Source of the DNA: Vulcanimicrobiota bacterium
GTDB taxonomy: Bacteria; Vulcanimicrobiota; Xenobia; Xenobiales; JADMJV01
Assembly: GCA_050250895.1 (NCBI GenBank)
Contig: JBFWNU010000003.1
Span: forward strand, 746,109-810,108
Length of the DNA stretch: 64,000 nt
Direction: 5' to 3'
A model generated the notes under the pieces. The model searched no databases and was not told the origin of the DNA. It saw only the letters and a program-made list of their open reading frames with translations. A program made the translations under genes and the position numbers. How positions within the stretch are numbered: position 1 is the first letter of the stretch; the number at the start of each line of letters is the position of its first letter. This document shows positions 19,863 through 29,141 of the stretch, in pieces.

Positions 19863-22800
19863 ATGGCTTCCTCCAGTTCCGCTCATACTTTGCCTGGTAG
19901 TGATGTCGATACCGACCGCTACCTGGTTTGCCTTGTCGCTGCGGCCATCGCCGGAGAGGCCACCTTTGTCGAACTCGAGGTCTCCAAGCAGGGCACCGAA
20001 GCCCGCTTTGACGGCAGGTTCTATAAGGCCGAAGACTTCGAGACCATGGCCGGGGCCGACCCTGGCGAAGAGAGGGATCGCTACGGTCTGGCCGTGACTC
20101 TGGGTATCCTCATGGCTCGCGAGCCTCACAAGCTGAGTCTCGAGTCGTGGAACGGTTCATCCGGTGCTCGCATCAAACTCCATGACGGCAGTCTGCGGGT
20201 CGAGAGGCTCACCAAGTGTCCCTGGAAAGGTGGCGACGCCGGCAACCGTTTGCGAGCTCAATTCCAATCTGTCTGGAAACGCGAGTTTTTTGGCAAGACC
20301 AGTGACGAGCCCCTGCCCGAGGGTGACCTGGTGGCCGAACTGTGCGAGCTGGCACCGTGTCGGATCGAACTTAACGGCAAGTCGATCGTCAAGCCGGTCG
20401 ATCCCGGTCTTAGCTTTCTCTGGGTTTTTCTCGCTCCCGAAGAGTCGCATCGCGCTTTGCGTCTAAACCCGGTTTCGCCCGAGGCCAAAATCGAGCATCG
20501 CGTCAAAACCGAAGGCGCCTACTCGGCCGTGCTGGCCCTGGGCGGAGACGACGGCGAACTCGAGGTGGTGGCCAACGGAGTTCGCTTTCCCGTCGAGATC
20601 CCGTTGCTCGCCGACCTGGGCTTCCGCGGCGTCATCGCCTGCACCGAGCTAAACCTTTCAGAGGACCTGACCGAACTCGAGGAGGATGATCTATTCGAGG
20701 CCCTGCTTACCGAGGTCGAAAGCGACGTTTTGGCCCTCACCCCGGTCATCCTCGAGAACTTCGAGAAGGCCGACGACGAGGTCCGTCAGGGTCTGTTATC
20801 GGGGCTCGACACCGTGGTCGAGATGCACCGCTCCTCGTCAGAGTTCCAAGAAGCCCTTCAGCTACTCGAGCGACTCTTGCAAGCTCGCCAAAAGGCCTAC
20901 GGCGAGCACGATCCGGCCGTGGCCGAGACGCTGACCGCCCTGGCCGGCGTCCATGAAGCCCTGGGTCAGTGGGAAGAGTGCTGTCGCTGTTACGAAGCGG
21001 CTGTTCGCATCTGGGACGAAGCAGAGGAGCCCGATTTGCGCAGCCTTGCCGTTTGCCTTAACGGCCTGGCCCAGATCTATTACACAGCCGAAGAGTTCGC
21101 CGCTTGCGAGGAATTGGCCGCCCGGGCTCTCGAGATTCGCCGCCAGATCCATGAGGCAGACGAACTCGAACTCGGCATCAGCTGCGAACTGTTGGGGCGC
21201 GTGTATTCGACCCTTTACAGCTATCCTCACAAACGGTTTCTCGAGGTCGAGAAGCTGTATCAGCAAGCCCTCAAGATCCTCGAGAAGAACTACGGCAGCC
21301 ATCACGCCGACGTGGCCGTGGTGCTCCACGACCTGGGCGAGTATTATCGCGGCCAGAGACGCTTTGAGGAGGCCGAGACGGTCTATCTTCGTTCGCTGGC
21401 GATTCGCGAGAAGCTGCTGGGGGGCAGCGACCCGATGGTGGGAGAGACCCTCGACACGCTGGGGTCGCTTTATGAAGACCAGGGCCAGAGCACCAAAGCC
21501 GGTCGCTACTACCTCAAAGCGCTCCAGATTTGGGACAAGATCCTTGGTCCCGAGCATCCAGAAGTTGCCCAGCGGCTCAACAACCTGGTAGTTCTCTATC
21601 GCGTCTACGGCAAGTATGCCGAAGCCGAACCCCTGTACGAGCGTATTCTCACCATCCGCGAACAGACACTGGGGGCCGACCACCCGGAACTGGTCTCCGA
21701 TCTGGTCAGCATGGCTTTGCTGTTTCAGGTGCAGTCGAAGTATGACGCGGCCGAGAAACAGTTCTTACGAGCCCTGGCCATTCTCGAGAAGGCCCACGGC
21801 AAGGACGCCAAGGTCACCGACCTGGCCTGGATTCACAACTTGTTGGGCGCTCTCTACGACGAGCAATACAACTTCAAGAAGGCCGAGGAACACCTCAACC
21901 GGGCCCTCGACCTGTGGACCTGCGTGCTCGGGCCAAAGCACCCTGATGTGGCTGAGTGTCTGGACTATCTGGTGCGCCATTTTCGCATTCAGCAACGCTA
22001 TAGCGAGGCAGCTCCGCTGGCTCAAAAGGCGCTGGCCGTCAACGAACAGTTTTTTGGCACCAGCCATCCGGTCCTGGCCACCAGCTTGAACACTCTGGGC
22101 GACCTTCTGCGCCTGGGCGGCCAGCCCGACCAGGCTCGACCTCTCTATCGGGCAGCCTGGGAGATTCGCACCCGCAGTTCCAACGCCCCCGACTCGGTAG
22201 AACTCACCCCCAGCCTCGAGCAGATCGGCGACAGCCGCTTCACTTCCTCGCGGGTGGGCGCCGACCAACTTCATCGCGAGGCAGTCGAGCCGTCGCGCGA
22301 ATACTCCCGTTACATGGAGGCCGAACACCTTTATCTGCGGGCTTTGTTCACCCGTGAAGAGGTGCTGGGGCCAGGCCACCCCAACAACGCGCGCACCCTC
22401 GACTGTCTGGCCGACCTCTATCGCACCCATCACAAGTTCGAGGGCGCCGAAAGCCTGCACGAGCGCTCGTTGGAGCTGCGCCGAAAGAGTCTGGGCCGCG
22501 AACATCCGGACACCCTGGTCAGCCTGCGCAATCTGGTCGAGACCTATCTGATGCAGCAGAAGTTCGCCCAGGCCGAACCCCACGCCAAGAAGTGGCTGGA
22601 GGTGGCCCAGTTGACCGTCGGCGAAGAACACCTCGAGACGGCCAACGCCTATTTCGCCCTGGCCCCGATTTACGAGCACAAAGGCGATCCCAAAGTGGAA
22701 GAAGCTTATCGTCGCTCGATGGAGATTCGCCAGAAGCTGCTGGGGGTCGAGAATCCAGACTTTGCCACCAGCCTGGCCGAACTCTTGCGTGTGCGCGGCG

Positions 22801-23000
22801 ATTTCGAGCAGTCGGCGAAGTTGTATAGCTTCGTAGTCACCTCGATGGAGGAGGCGCTGGGGGGGGATTCGATGGAACTGATCCCGGTGCTCGAGAAGTA
22901 TGCCAGCGTGCTCAAGAAGATCGGCAACGAGGAAGAAGCCGTTCCTTACGAGACCCAGGCCATGGTGATGCGAGTCCAGTATGGGCTGGACTTTCACTAG
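19863..23000 (+). CDS. Large tetratricopeptide-repeat protein (kinesin-light-chain type) with ~300-aa N-terminal domain
   Basis: Many ~42-aa repeats LGxxHPxVAxxLNNL...AExLYxRALxI. Confidence 0.88.
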   Translation: MASSSSAHTLPGSDVDTDRYLVCLVAAAIAGEATFVELEVSKQGTEARFDGRFYKAEDFETMAGADPGEERDRYGLAVTLGILMAREPHKLSLESWNGSSGARIKLHDGSLRVERLTKCPWKGGDAGNRLRAQFQSVWKREFFGKTSDEPLPEGDLVAELCELAPCRIELNGKSIVKPVDPGLSFLWVFLAPEESHRALRLNPVSPEAKIEHRVKTEGAYSAVLALGGDDGELEVVANGVRFPVEIPLLADLGFRGVIACTELNLSEDLTELEEDDLFEALLTEVESDVLALTPVILENFEKADDEVRQGLLSGLDTVVEMHRSSSEFQEALQLLERLLQARQKAYGEHDPAVAETLTALAGVHEALGQWEECCRCYEAAVRIWDEAEEPDLRSLAVCLNGLAQIYYTAEEFAACEELAARALEIRRQIHEADELELGISCELLGRVYSTLYSYPHKRFLEVEKLYQQALKILEKNYGSHHADVAVVLHDLGEYYRGQRRFEEAETVYLRSLAIREKLLGGSDPMVGETLDTLGSLYEDQGQSTKAGRYYLKALQIWDKILGPEHPEVAQRLNNLVVLYRVYGKYAEAEPLYERILTIREQTLGADHPELVSDLVSMALLFQVQSKYDAAEKQFLRALAILEKAHGKDAKVTDLAWIHNLLGALYDEQYNFKKAEEHLNRALDLWTCVLGPKHPDVAECLDYLVRHFRIQQRYSEAAPLAQKALAVNEQFFGTSHPVLATSLNTLGDLLRLGGQPDQARPLYRAAWEIRTRSSNAPDSVELTPSLEQIGDSRFTSSRVGADQLHREAVEPSREYSRYMEAEHLYLRALFTREEVLGPGHPNNARTLDCLADLYRTHHKFEGAESLHERSLELRRKSLGREHPDTLVSLRNLVETYLMQQKFAQAEPHAKKWLEVAQLTVGEEHLETANAYFALAPIYEHKGDPKVEEAYRRSMEIRQKLLGVENPDFATSLAELLRVRGDFEQSAKLYSFVVTSMEEALGGDSMELIPVLEKYASVLKKIGNEEEAVPYETQAMVMRVQYGLDFH

Positions 23001-23004
23001 GGAC

Positions 23005-23034
23005 TTGACAGAATCGACGCAGGTCGCTACTAAT
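23005..23034 (+). promoter_or_regulatory. Sigma70-type promoter of rpmG
   Basis: Perfect TTGACA, then 17 nt, then TACTAAT; GGAGG RBS before the TTG start. Confidence 0.6.
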
Positions 23035-23062
23035 AGAAAGATTCCGACGGAGGACTAGAGTT

Positions 23063-23245
23063 TTGGCTAAGAAGAAAGAAAATCGCGTCATTATCACGCT
23101 GGAGTGCACCGAAGCCCGCAAGGAAGGCAAGTCGCCCTCTCGCTACGCTACCACCAAGAACCGTCAAAACTGCCCCGAGCGCCTCGAGGTCAAGAAATAC
23201 AACCCTTACCTCAAGCGGCACACCGTGCACAAAGAGATCCGCTAA
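23063..23245 (+). CDS. rpmG: 50S ribosomal protein L33 (lacks the CxxC pairs; C- type)
   Basis: [10 protein letters not shown]...RYATTKN...[19 protein letters not shown]. Confidence 0.96.
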   Translation: MAKKKENRVIITLECTEARKEGKSPSRYATTKNRQNCPERLEVKKYNPYLKRHTVHKEIR

Positions 23246-23266
23246 GCTCGCGCTCTCCATAGCTAC

Positions 23267-23292
23267 AAAGGACAGCCACGGCTGTCCTTTTT
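23267..23292 (+). terminator. Rho-independent terminator after rpmG
   Basis: aaaggacagc-cacg-gctgtccttt followed by T-run. Confidence 0.85.
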
Positions 23293-23354
23293 GCGTTGGG
23301 GAGCGCGGCGCCCGGTTGCCCGGTCGCGCCAGCCGATGTGACCGCGGGGAGAGA

Positions 23355-25200
23355 GCTAGACTTCCGCGCGGAAGTGGGCTGGTCGACTTGGCAGGGTGTG
23401 CTCCCGAGTGGCCGGGCCGGGACAGGCCACCGGGGGTCGCCGCGCGGGTCGGGACAAGCCGCCGGGCGGCGGCCCGGGTTGTGCGCCGTACACCAGGCAA
23501 ATCGAGTTGTGCGGCGCACACTTGCGCCGTACACCGGCTAAATCAGACTGTGCGGCGCACAATCGCCGGGGAAAGCGAGCAAGCGTTCGGCCGGGCCAGA
23601 CCGCCGGCGACTCGCCGGGGGCCTGGCTTTGTCGGCCAGGTCGTGCCGGCCACCGGCCGTGAGGGCTAGACTTCCGTGCGGAAGTGACCTTGGCTGGTGC
23701 AACTCGCCGGGCCTGGCGGGCGGCGGGCCAGCGGGCGGCGGCTCGGGCTGTGCGCCGTACACCAGGCAAATCGAGCTGTGCGGCGCACACTTGCGCCGTA
23801 CACCGGCTAAACCAGACTGTGCGGCGCACAATCGCCGGGGAAAGCGAGCAAGCGTTCGGCCGGGCCAGACCGCCGGCGACTCGCCGGGGGCCTGGCTTTG
23901 TCGGCCAGGTCGTGCCGGCCACCGGCCGTGAGGGCTAGACTTCCGTGCGGAAGTGGCCGCTGGTCGAATCGCCGTGGGCCGCCGGGCTTGTCGGCTCGGT
24001 GGGCCGGCCACCGGCCGCGACGGGCTAGACTTCCGCGCGCAAGTGGCCGCTGGTTGGTGCAACTCGCCGGGCCTAGCGGGCGGTGGGCCAGCGGGTGGCG
24101 GCTCGGGCTGTGCGCCGTACACCAGGCAAATCGAGTTGTGCGGCGCACAATCGTTGGGAAAAGCGAGCCAGCGTTTGGCCGGGCCAGACCGCGGCGACTC
24201 GCCGGGGGCCTGGCTTTGTCGGCCAGGTCGTGCCGGCCACCGGCCGTGAGGGCTAGACTTCCGTGCGGAAGTGGCCGCTGGTTGGTGCAACTCGCCGGGC
24301 CTGGCGGGCAGAGGGCCAACGGGCGCCCCGGGTTGTGCGCCGTACACCAGGCAAATCGAGTTGTGCGGCGCACACTTGCGCCGCACACTGGCTAAATCAG
24401 ACTGTGCGGCGCACAATTCGCTGGGAAAGCGAGCAAGTGTTCGGCTCGGGCGGCGGCCCGGGTTGTGCGGCGTACACCAGGCAAATCGAGCTGTGCGGCG
24501 CACACTTGCGCCGTACACCGGCTAAACCAGACTGTGCGGCGCACAATCGTTGGGAAAAGCGAGCCAGCGTTTGGCCGGGCCAGACCGCGGCGACTCGCCG
24601 GGGGCCTGGCTTTGTCGGCCAGGTCGTGCCGGCCACCGGCCGTGAGGGCTAGACTTCCGGGCGGAAGTGGCCGCTGGTTGGTGCAAGCCGCCGGGCGCCG
24701 GCCCGGGTTGTGCGCCGTACACCAGGCAAATCGAGTTGTGCGGCGCACACTTGCGTCGTACACTGGCTAAATCAGACTGTGCGGCGCACAATTCGCTGGG
24801 AAAGCGAGCAAGTGTTCGGCTCGGGCGGCGGCCCGGTTGTGCGGCGTACACCAGGCAAATCGAGCTGTGCGGCGCACACTTGCGCCGTACACCGGCTAAA
24901 CCAGACTGTGCGGCGCACAATCGTTGGGAAAAGCGAGCCAGCGTTTGGCCGGGTCAGACCGCGGCGACTCGCCGGGGGCCTGGCTTTGTCGGCCAGGTCG
25001 TGCCGGCCACCGGCCGTGAGGGCTAGACTTCCGTGCGGAAGTGACCTTGGCTGGTGCAACTCGCCGGGCCTGGCGGGCGGCGGGCCAGCGGGCGGCGGCC
25101 CGGGTTGTGCGCCGTACACCAGGCAAATCGAGTTGTGCGCCGTACACCGGCTAAATCAGACTGTGCGGCGCACAATCGCCGGGGAAAGCGTAACGCCCGG
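23355..25200. repeat. ~1.85-kb mosaic array of palindromic modules (REP/BIME-like)
   Basis: Module A gctagacttccgtgcggaagt (~7x); 8 hairpins TGTGCGCCGTACA-ccaggcaaatcgag(t/c)-TGTGCGGCGCACA; 7 hairpins TGCGCCGTACA-c(c/t)ggctaaa(t/c)cagac-TGTGCGGCGCA; GC-rich linker modules; higher-order duplication of ~375 bp. Confidence 0.92.
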
Positions 25201-25255
25201 CCGCGGGGCGAGGCCGCGGCGGCTCGCGGGGAGAGAACTCGACGCGAAGGAGGCG

Positions 25256-25684
25256 TCAGTCGGTCAGGCCGGCCACATCGTGGCCCAGGCCATGGCGGAT
25301 GAACTGGCCACCGACTTCGGCGATGGGGCCGGCCAGGGCGTTGGCGCCGGCCACTACGCCAGCGGCGGTAATGGCGGCCACGGCGGCGGTGTTCTTGAGC
25401 ACTTTGGCGCTGGTTTCGGGGGCGGCTTCGTGGGCGAACTGGACCACGGCCACGCCAGCCGAGATGGGGGCGGGAACGCCGATCAGGGTCAGGCCGGTGC
25501 CGGTGATGGCGGCTCGCTTGGCCGCCTCGAGTGGTGACATCCGATTCTCGGCAGGAGGCTCGGAGAGAGGACTGGGGGTGAAGCTTTCTTGGGGGTCGGC
25601 CGGGGCGGTCTCGGCCGGCTGGGAACGAGCAGTGAAGGGGCGAGTTACCCCGGCGACCAGGTTATGAAAGGTCTTCTCGATCAC
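25256..25684 (-). CDS. Hypothetical protein: disordered N-terminus + two Gly/Ala-rich hydrophobic segments
   Basis: ORF track; GTGA-coupled to the upstream gene. Confidence 0.7.
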   Translation of the reverse strand: MIEKTFHNLVAGVTRPFTARSQPAETAPADPQESFTPSPLSEPPAENRMSPLEAAKRAAITGTGLTLIGVPAPISAGVAVVQFAHEAAPETSAKVLKNTAAVAAITAAGVVAGANALAGPIAEVGGQFIRHGLGHDVAGLTD

Positions 25685-25989
25685 TCTTCGTCGTCGTCGT
25701 CAGGAGGGGTCCAGACGAATTTTTCGGGGTCGCCCATCTCGGCGCTGGCCGTCTGAATCTCTTCATCGTCGGTCAGGGCGTCAAGGCTTTGGAGAATCGT
25801 CTTAGACAGGGTCAAGGACTTCTTGCTGCCAAAGACCGACTCCCACTGTTCCCTTTCCAGGCGCAGCACCAGGATGCCTCCGCAAACCACGCAGTGATAC
25901 CGGATGCTGGACGGCGAGAAGCCCGAGAGCTTCATGTCCTTGATCTGGCATTTATGGGGAAACAGTTGCCCCGTTGTGCGAACTTTCAT
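25681..25989 (-). CDS. Small hypothetical protein with putative Zn-ribbon (HxC...CxxC) and acidic tail
   Basis: FPHKC...YHCVVCGG; GGGAGGGG RBS. Confidence 0.72.
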   Translation of the reverse strand: MKVRTTGQLFPHKCQIKDMKLSGFSPSSIRYHCVVCGGILVLRLEREQWESVFGSKKSLTLSKTILQSLDALTDDEEIQTASAEMGDPEKFVWTPPDDDDEE

Positions 25990-26022
25990 CCCCTCCCATT
26001 CTTGAATCCGACACAGAGACCT

Positions 26023-26685
26023 TCAGGGGAAGATAATGACCTCCGCGCCCACCGGCACCTCGCGATAAAGCCTTTCCGCAACAGGGTTTTCGAGGGCAAT
26101 GCAACCGAGGGTCCAGTCTCTGGAAGCGCCCCCGCCGTGAAGGCCGACCGACCCTCCCAGCCGAGTGCGGGCGTAAGGTCGATGACCGGTGGCCGACTGC
26201 AGGTGTAGACCCCACCACTCCACCCAGGAGATGATACCCTGGCGGCGCGCGCGGTCGGCGTCGGCCGGGCCGGGATATCCGATGCCGAGCCAGCGATGGA
26301 AAGCGGCCGGGTCTTTGTCGGTGACGCGGTAGCAGCCAACCGGAGTGCGCATGTCCCCCTCGCGACTCTTGGCGCCGGCCGGGCAGCCCCCGAGGGCGAC
26401 GGGCGCCGAGAAATCAACTCGGCCATCACGACGCAGTTCGAGGCGACGTTCGCCTTTGAAGACGAGTATCTGGATTGGTACCGGGGGCGGTGAGAAGGCC
26501 TGGGCTATAGGCAGAACGGCCAGACCCAACAGGGCCACCAGACGGGCGGGGCGACCCAGCTTGAGCAGACCGACCAGCAGAAGAGGCGGCCCCAGCCAGG
26601 TCTCGAGTTGGGCCAGGGACACTGGGAGCCAGCCCGCGTAGAGGAACGATTCAAGCAGGCCGAAGAGCAGCAGATAGGCGTTCAT
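26023..26685 (-). CDS. YkuD-family L,D-transpeptidase with N-terminal membrane segments
   Basis: KSREGDMRTPVGCY, IGYP and LHGG...WTLGCIAL catalytic motif. Confidence 0.85.
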   Translation of the reverse strand: MNAYLLLFGLLESFLYAGWLPVSLAQLETWLGPPLLLVGLLKLGRPARLVALLGLAVLPIAQAFSPPPVPIQILVFKGERRLELRRDGRVDFSAPVALGGCPAGAKSREGDMRTPVGCYRVTDKDPAAFHRWLGIGYPGPADADRARRQGIISWVEWWGLHLQSATGHRPYARTRLGGSVGLHGGGASRDWTLGCIALENPVAERLYREVPVGAEVIIFP

Positions 26686-26716
26686 GTCCCAGAGAGTCAG
26701 CGCGGGACAAAAAAGT

Positions 26717-27151
26717 TCAGCGCCGGATGGGCACCACCAGCACCGGCAAGAAGGCGTGTTGGAGGATCCAGTGGCTGACGCTACCCACTAGCAGATCATA
26801 GACGGCTCCGTGCCCGTGCGAGCCGATGATCAGCTGGTCGACCCCGAGCTTGGCCGCTTCTTCGAGCAAGGTCTGGCCGGTGGCGCCCTGGACCAGCAAG
26901 GCAGTGGCGTCGATGTTCGATTGGCGCAGCTTGTCGGCCGCTTCTTGCAATTCGCGATGCTGCTCGCGGTATTCGTGGGCCACCGCATCGCGGACCGATT
27001 GGGGGCCCACTTCATAGCCGACAAAGTCAGGGTCGGGGGCGACCACGTGGATGAGAAAGAGTTTGGCACCCAGGCTGCGCGCTTGCTGTTCGGCAACCGT
27101 GAGCAGGGCCTGGGAAGCCGTCGAGAAGTCGAGGCCGACGAGGATCTTCAT
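26717..27151 (-). CDS. Universal stress protein
   Basis: MKILVGLDFS...IIGSHGHG...LLVGSVS...PVLVVP; ATGA overlap with mog. Confidence 0.92.
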   Translation of the reverse strand: MKILVGLDFSTASQALLTVAEQQARSLGAKLFLIHVVAPDPDFVGYEVGPQSVRDAVAHEYREQHRELQEAADKLRQSNIDATALLVQGATGQTLLEEAAKLGVDQLIIGSHGHGAVYDLLVGSVSHWILQHAFLPVLVVPIRR

Positions 27152-27672
27152 GTTTTCTTCTTTCCCGGACGAAAGGCCGAAGGGCTTTCCAGATAGGGGC
27201 CTTCCATCAGTTCGATGCAGTACGGAATGGCCGGAAACACGGCTTCGAGGCAATCAGCGATGGCGGCCGGCTTGCCGGGAAGGTTGAGGAACAGGCACTG
27301 GCCGCGGGTGCCGGCGGTCTGGCGCGAGAGGATGGCCGTGGGCACGATCTTGAGCGAGGCTGCTCGCATGGCCTCGCCAAAGCCGGGGAAGAGGCGATGG
27401 CAGACCGACTCGGTAACCTCGGGAGTGATGTCGCGGGGAGCCGGGCCGGTGCCGCCGGTGGTGACCACCAGGCAGCAACCGGTCTGGTCGGCGAGCTCGA
27501 CCAGCGTGTCGCGCACTACCTCGCTCTCGTCGGGAATGCAGCGATAGTGCTCTTGCCAGGGCGAACTCAGGTGCTGGTTGAGCCAGTCACGAATGGCCGG
27601 ACCGCCGAGGTCTTCGTAGACGCCCGCGGCGGCCCGGTCGCTGACCGTGACGATTCCGATGTGTGCTTGCAA
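27148..27672 (-). CDS. mog: Molybdopterin adenylyltransferase
   Basis: TVSDRA, TTGGTGPAPRDITPE, PGFGEAMR, TAILSRQ, NLPGKP. Confidence 0.94.
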   Translation of the reverse strand: MQAHIGIVTVSDRAAAGVYEDLGGPAIRDWLNQHLSSPWQEHYRCIPDESEVVRDTLVELADQTGCCLVVTTGGTGPAPRDITPEVTESVCHRLFPGFGEAMRAASLKIVPTAILSRQTAGTRGQCLFLNLPGKPAAIADCLEAVFPAIPYCIELMEGPYLESPSAFRPGKKKT

Positions 27673-27675
27673 AGA

Positions 27676-29088
27676 CTAGGCTCGAGGAGGAGTCGGGCCA
27701 GGGGCGGCCGGTCCCTGGTCGATCACCGGACGAGTCTGGCCGGGCCGTTCGCGCTGCTCGCGACCGGGCTCGGTGCGGGGGCCTTCCTGGCCGCCCTGGC
27801 CGCCTTCCGGTTTGACCGGTCCGGGCTGTCTGCCTTTTTGCTCGATGCGAGTGGCCTCGGGCGAGACGTCCAGGCCGCCCTGTTTGTTGAGCCGCATATC
27901 TCCAGGGCGAGGCGGGGCGCTGGGGTCGCGAGGACGCAGGTCGGTGAGGCCTTCGACGGTGGCGCGGCCTGAATTGAGGCCCGATTCCATCGTGTTAAGG
28001 GCGTTGAGCAACTTGCCCCCCTTGAGGGGCGGCGGGCCTTCGGCGGCCTTTTGGAGCATTGCGTCCATGCCCTTGGCGTCGAGCTTGGGGTTGCTGCCCA
28101 TCATGTTGGCTCCTTTGGTGAAAGCAGCCATGCGGTCGGCCGACGAGGCGGCGTCGTCTCCGGGGAAGCGGGTCTTGATGGTGTCGGCCAACTGAGACAT
28201 CTCTCCCACCTTCATGTCGGGGCGTCCCGAGAGAACCTTGGTGGCTTCAGCGAAGCCGGTGGCTACTTGACCAGCGCGGCCGGGGTCTTTTTCGCCACCG
28301 AGTTTGCCCACCGATTCGGCCAGCTTGCCAACTTCGTCGGGGCGAATATCATGGCGCTTCTTGAGCAGCTCGGCCCCGTTTTTGAACATGTCGACGGCAG
28401 CCGGGCCGGCTTGCTCGCCGCCCTGGCCTTTGGTTCCGCCCACGGCGTTGGTCATCTTGCTCATCAAGTCGACGGCGTCGGCGGGGCGGATGTCGCGGCG
28501 CTCGGTGAGCAGGTCCATAGCCGTGTCGGTGGCCTGTTTGGCCAGACCCGGGTTGCGCAGCATCTTGGTGAAATTGCTGCGCATGGCCGAAAGTTCGCTG
28601 GGCTGCACGTCGGTGCGATTGGTGAGCAGTTCTTGCGAGCGGGGGTCGAAGGCGGAAGGGTCGATACTGACCTTGCCGTCGCGGGTGCGGCTGACGAAGT
28701 CGCTCACTTTGAGGTCGGTGCGCGACTCGAGTAGCTTGCTGATCGAGTCGAGCGCTTCCGGACGGCGGAGCAGCGGCATCGCTTCACCGACGGTCAGCGA
28801 CGGTTGGGAGTGGGCCAGGCTTTCGAGGGCCGAACCGCCGCCGAGGCTTTGCAGTTCTTCGGGTTTGAGCTCGGAAAGCAAGCGGTTGGAACCGATACCG
28901 CTGTTGTTTTGGGCAGCCGTTGGCGCGCCGGCCACCCCGGCCAGGCCGTTGTGAATCTGGTTTGAGGTCAAAAGGGCGTTAAGTTGTTGGGGGTTTTGGG
29001 GGCCTCCCTGGGGCACGGCCGCAGGCGCGCCGCCCTGGAGTCTGGGGGCCTGCACCGGGCCTCCGCCTTGAATATGTTGAATCGCCAT
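27676..29088 (-). CDS. Hypothetical protein with ~45-aa helical repeats and low-complexity termini
   Basis: Recurrent LLxxRxD(I/L/V/M)xxx(E/D); AGGAG RBS before ATG 29088. Confidence 0.75.
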   Translation of the reverse strand: MAIQHIQGGGPVQAPRLQGGAPAAVPQGGPQNPQQLNALLTSNQIHNGLAGVAGAPTAAQNNSGIGSNRLLSELKPEELQSLGGGSALESLAHSQPSLTVGEAMPLLRRPEALDSISKLLESRTDLKVSDFVSRTRDGKVSIDPSAFDPRSQELLTNRTDVQPSELSAMRSNFTKMLRNPGLAKQATDTAMDLLTERRDIRPADAVDLMSKMTNAVGGTKGQGGEQAGPAAVDMFKNGAELLKKRHDIRPDEVGKLAESVGKLGGEKDPGRAGQVATGFAEATKVLSGRPDMKVGEMSQLADTIKTRFPGDDAASSADRMAAFTKGANMMGSNPKLDAKGMDAMLQKAAEGPPPLKGGKLLNALNTMESGLNSGRATVEGLTDLRPRDPSAPPRPGDMRLNKQGGLDVSPEATRIEQKGRQPGPVKPEGGQGGQEGPRTEPGREQRERPGQTRPVIDQGPAAPGPTPPRA

Positions 29089-29141
29089 GAGAAATACACT
29101 CCTAGTCAGTTCTGATTCTTTCACGACAAATGGCCGCCTGG

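Noticed and set aside
23063-23245. Zur-regulated zinc-sparing L33 paralogue
   Set aside because: The protein is C- type, but no Zur-like box is visible upstream and one window cannot show a second paralogue
23355-25200. CRISPR array
   Set aside because: Intervening sequences are themselves repeated, only 15 nt and flanked by inverted arms; period is irregular; no cas genes in the window
23030-25540. Numerous overlapping ORFs (e.g. 23538-24518, 326 aa) across the repeat array
   Set aside because: Arg/Pro/Ala-rich translations open in several frames on both strands, typical of GC-rich non-coding repeats; no RBS or domain
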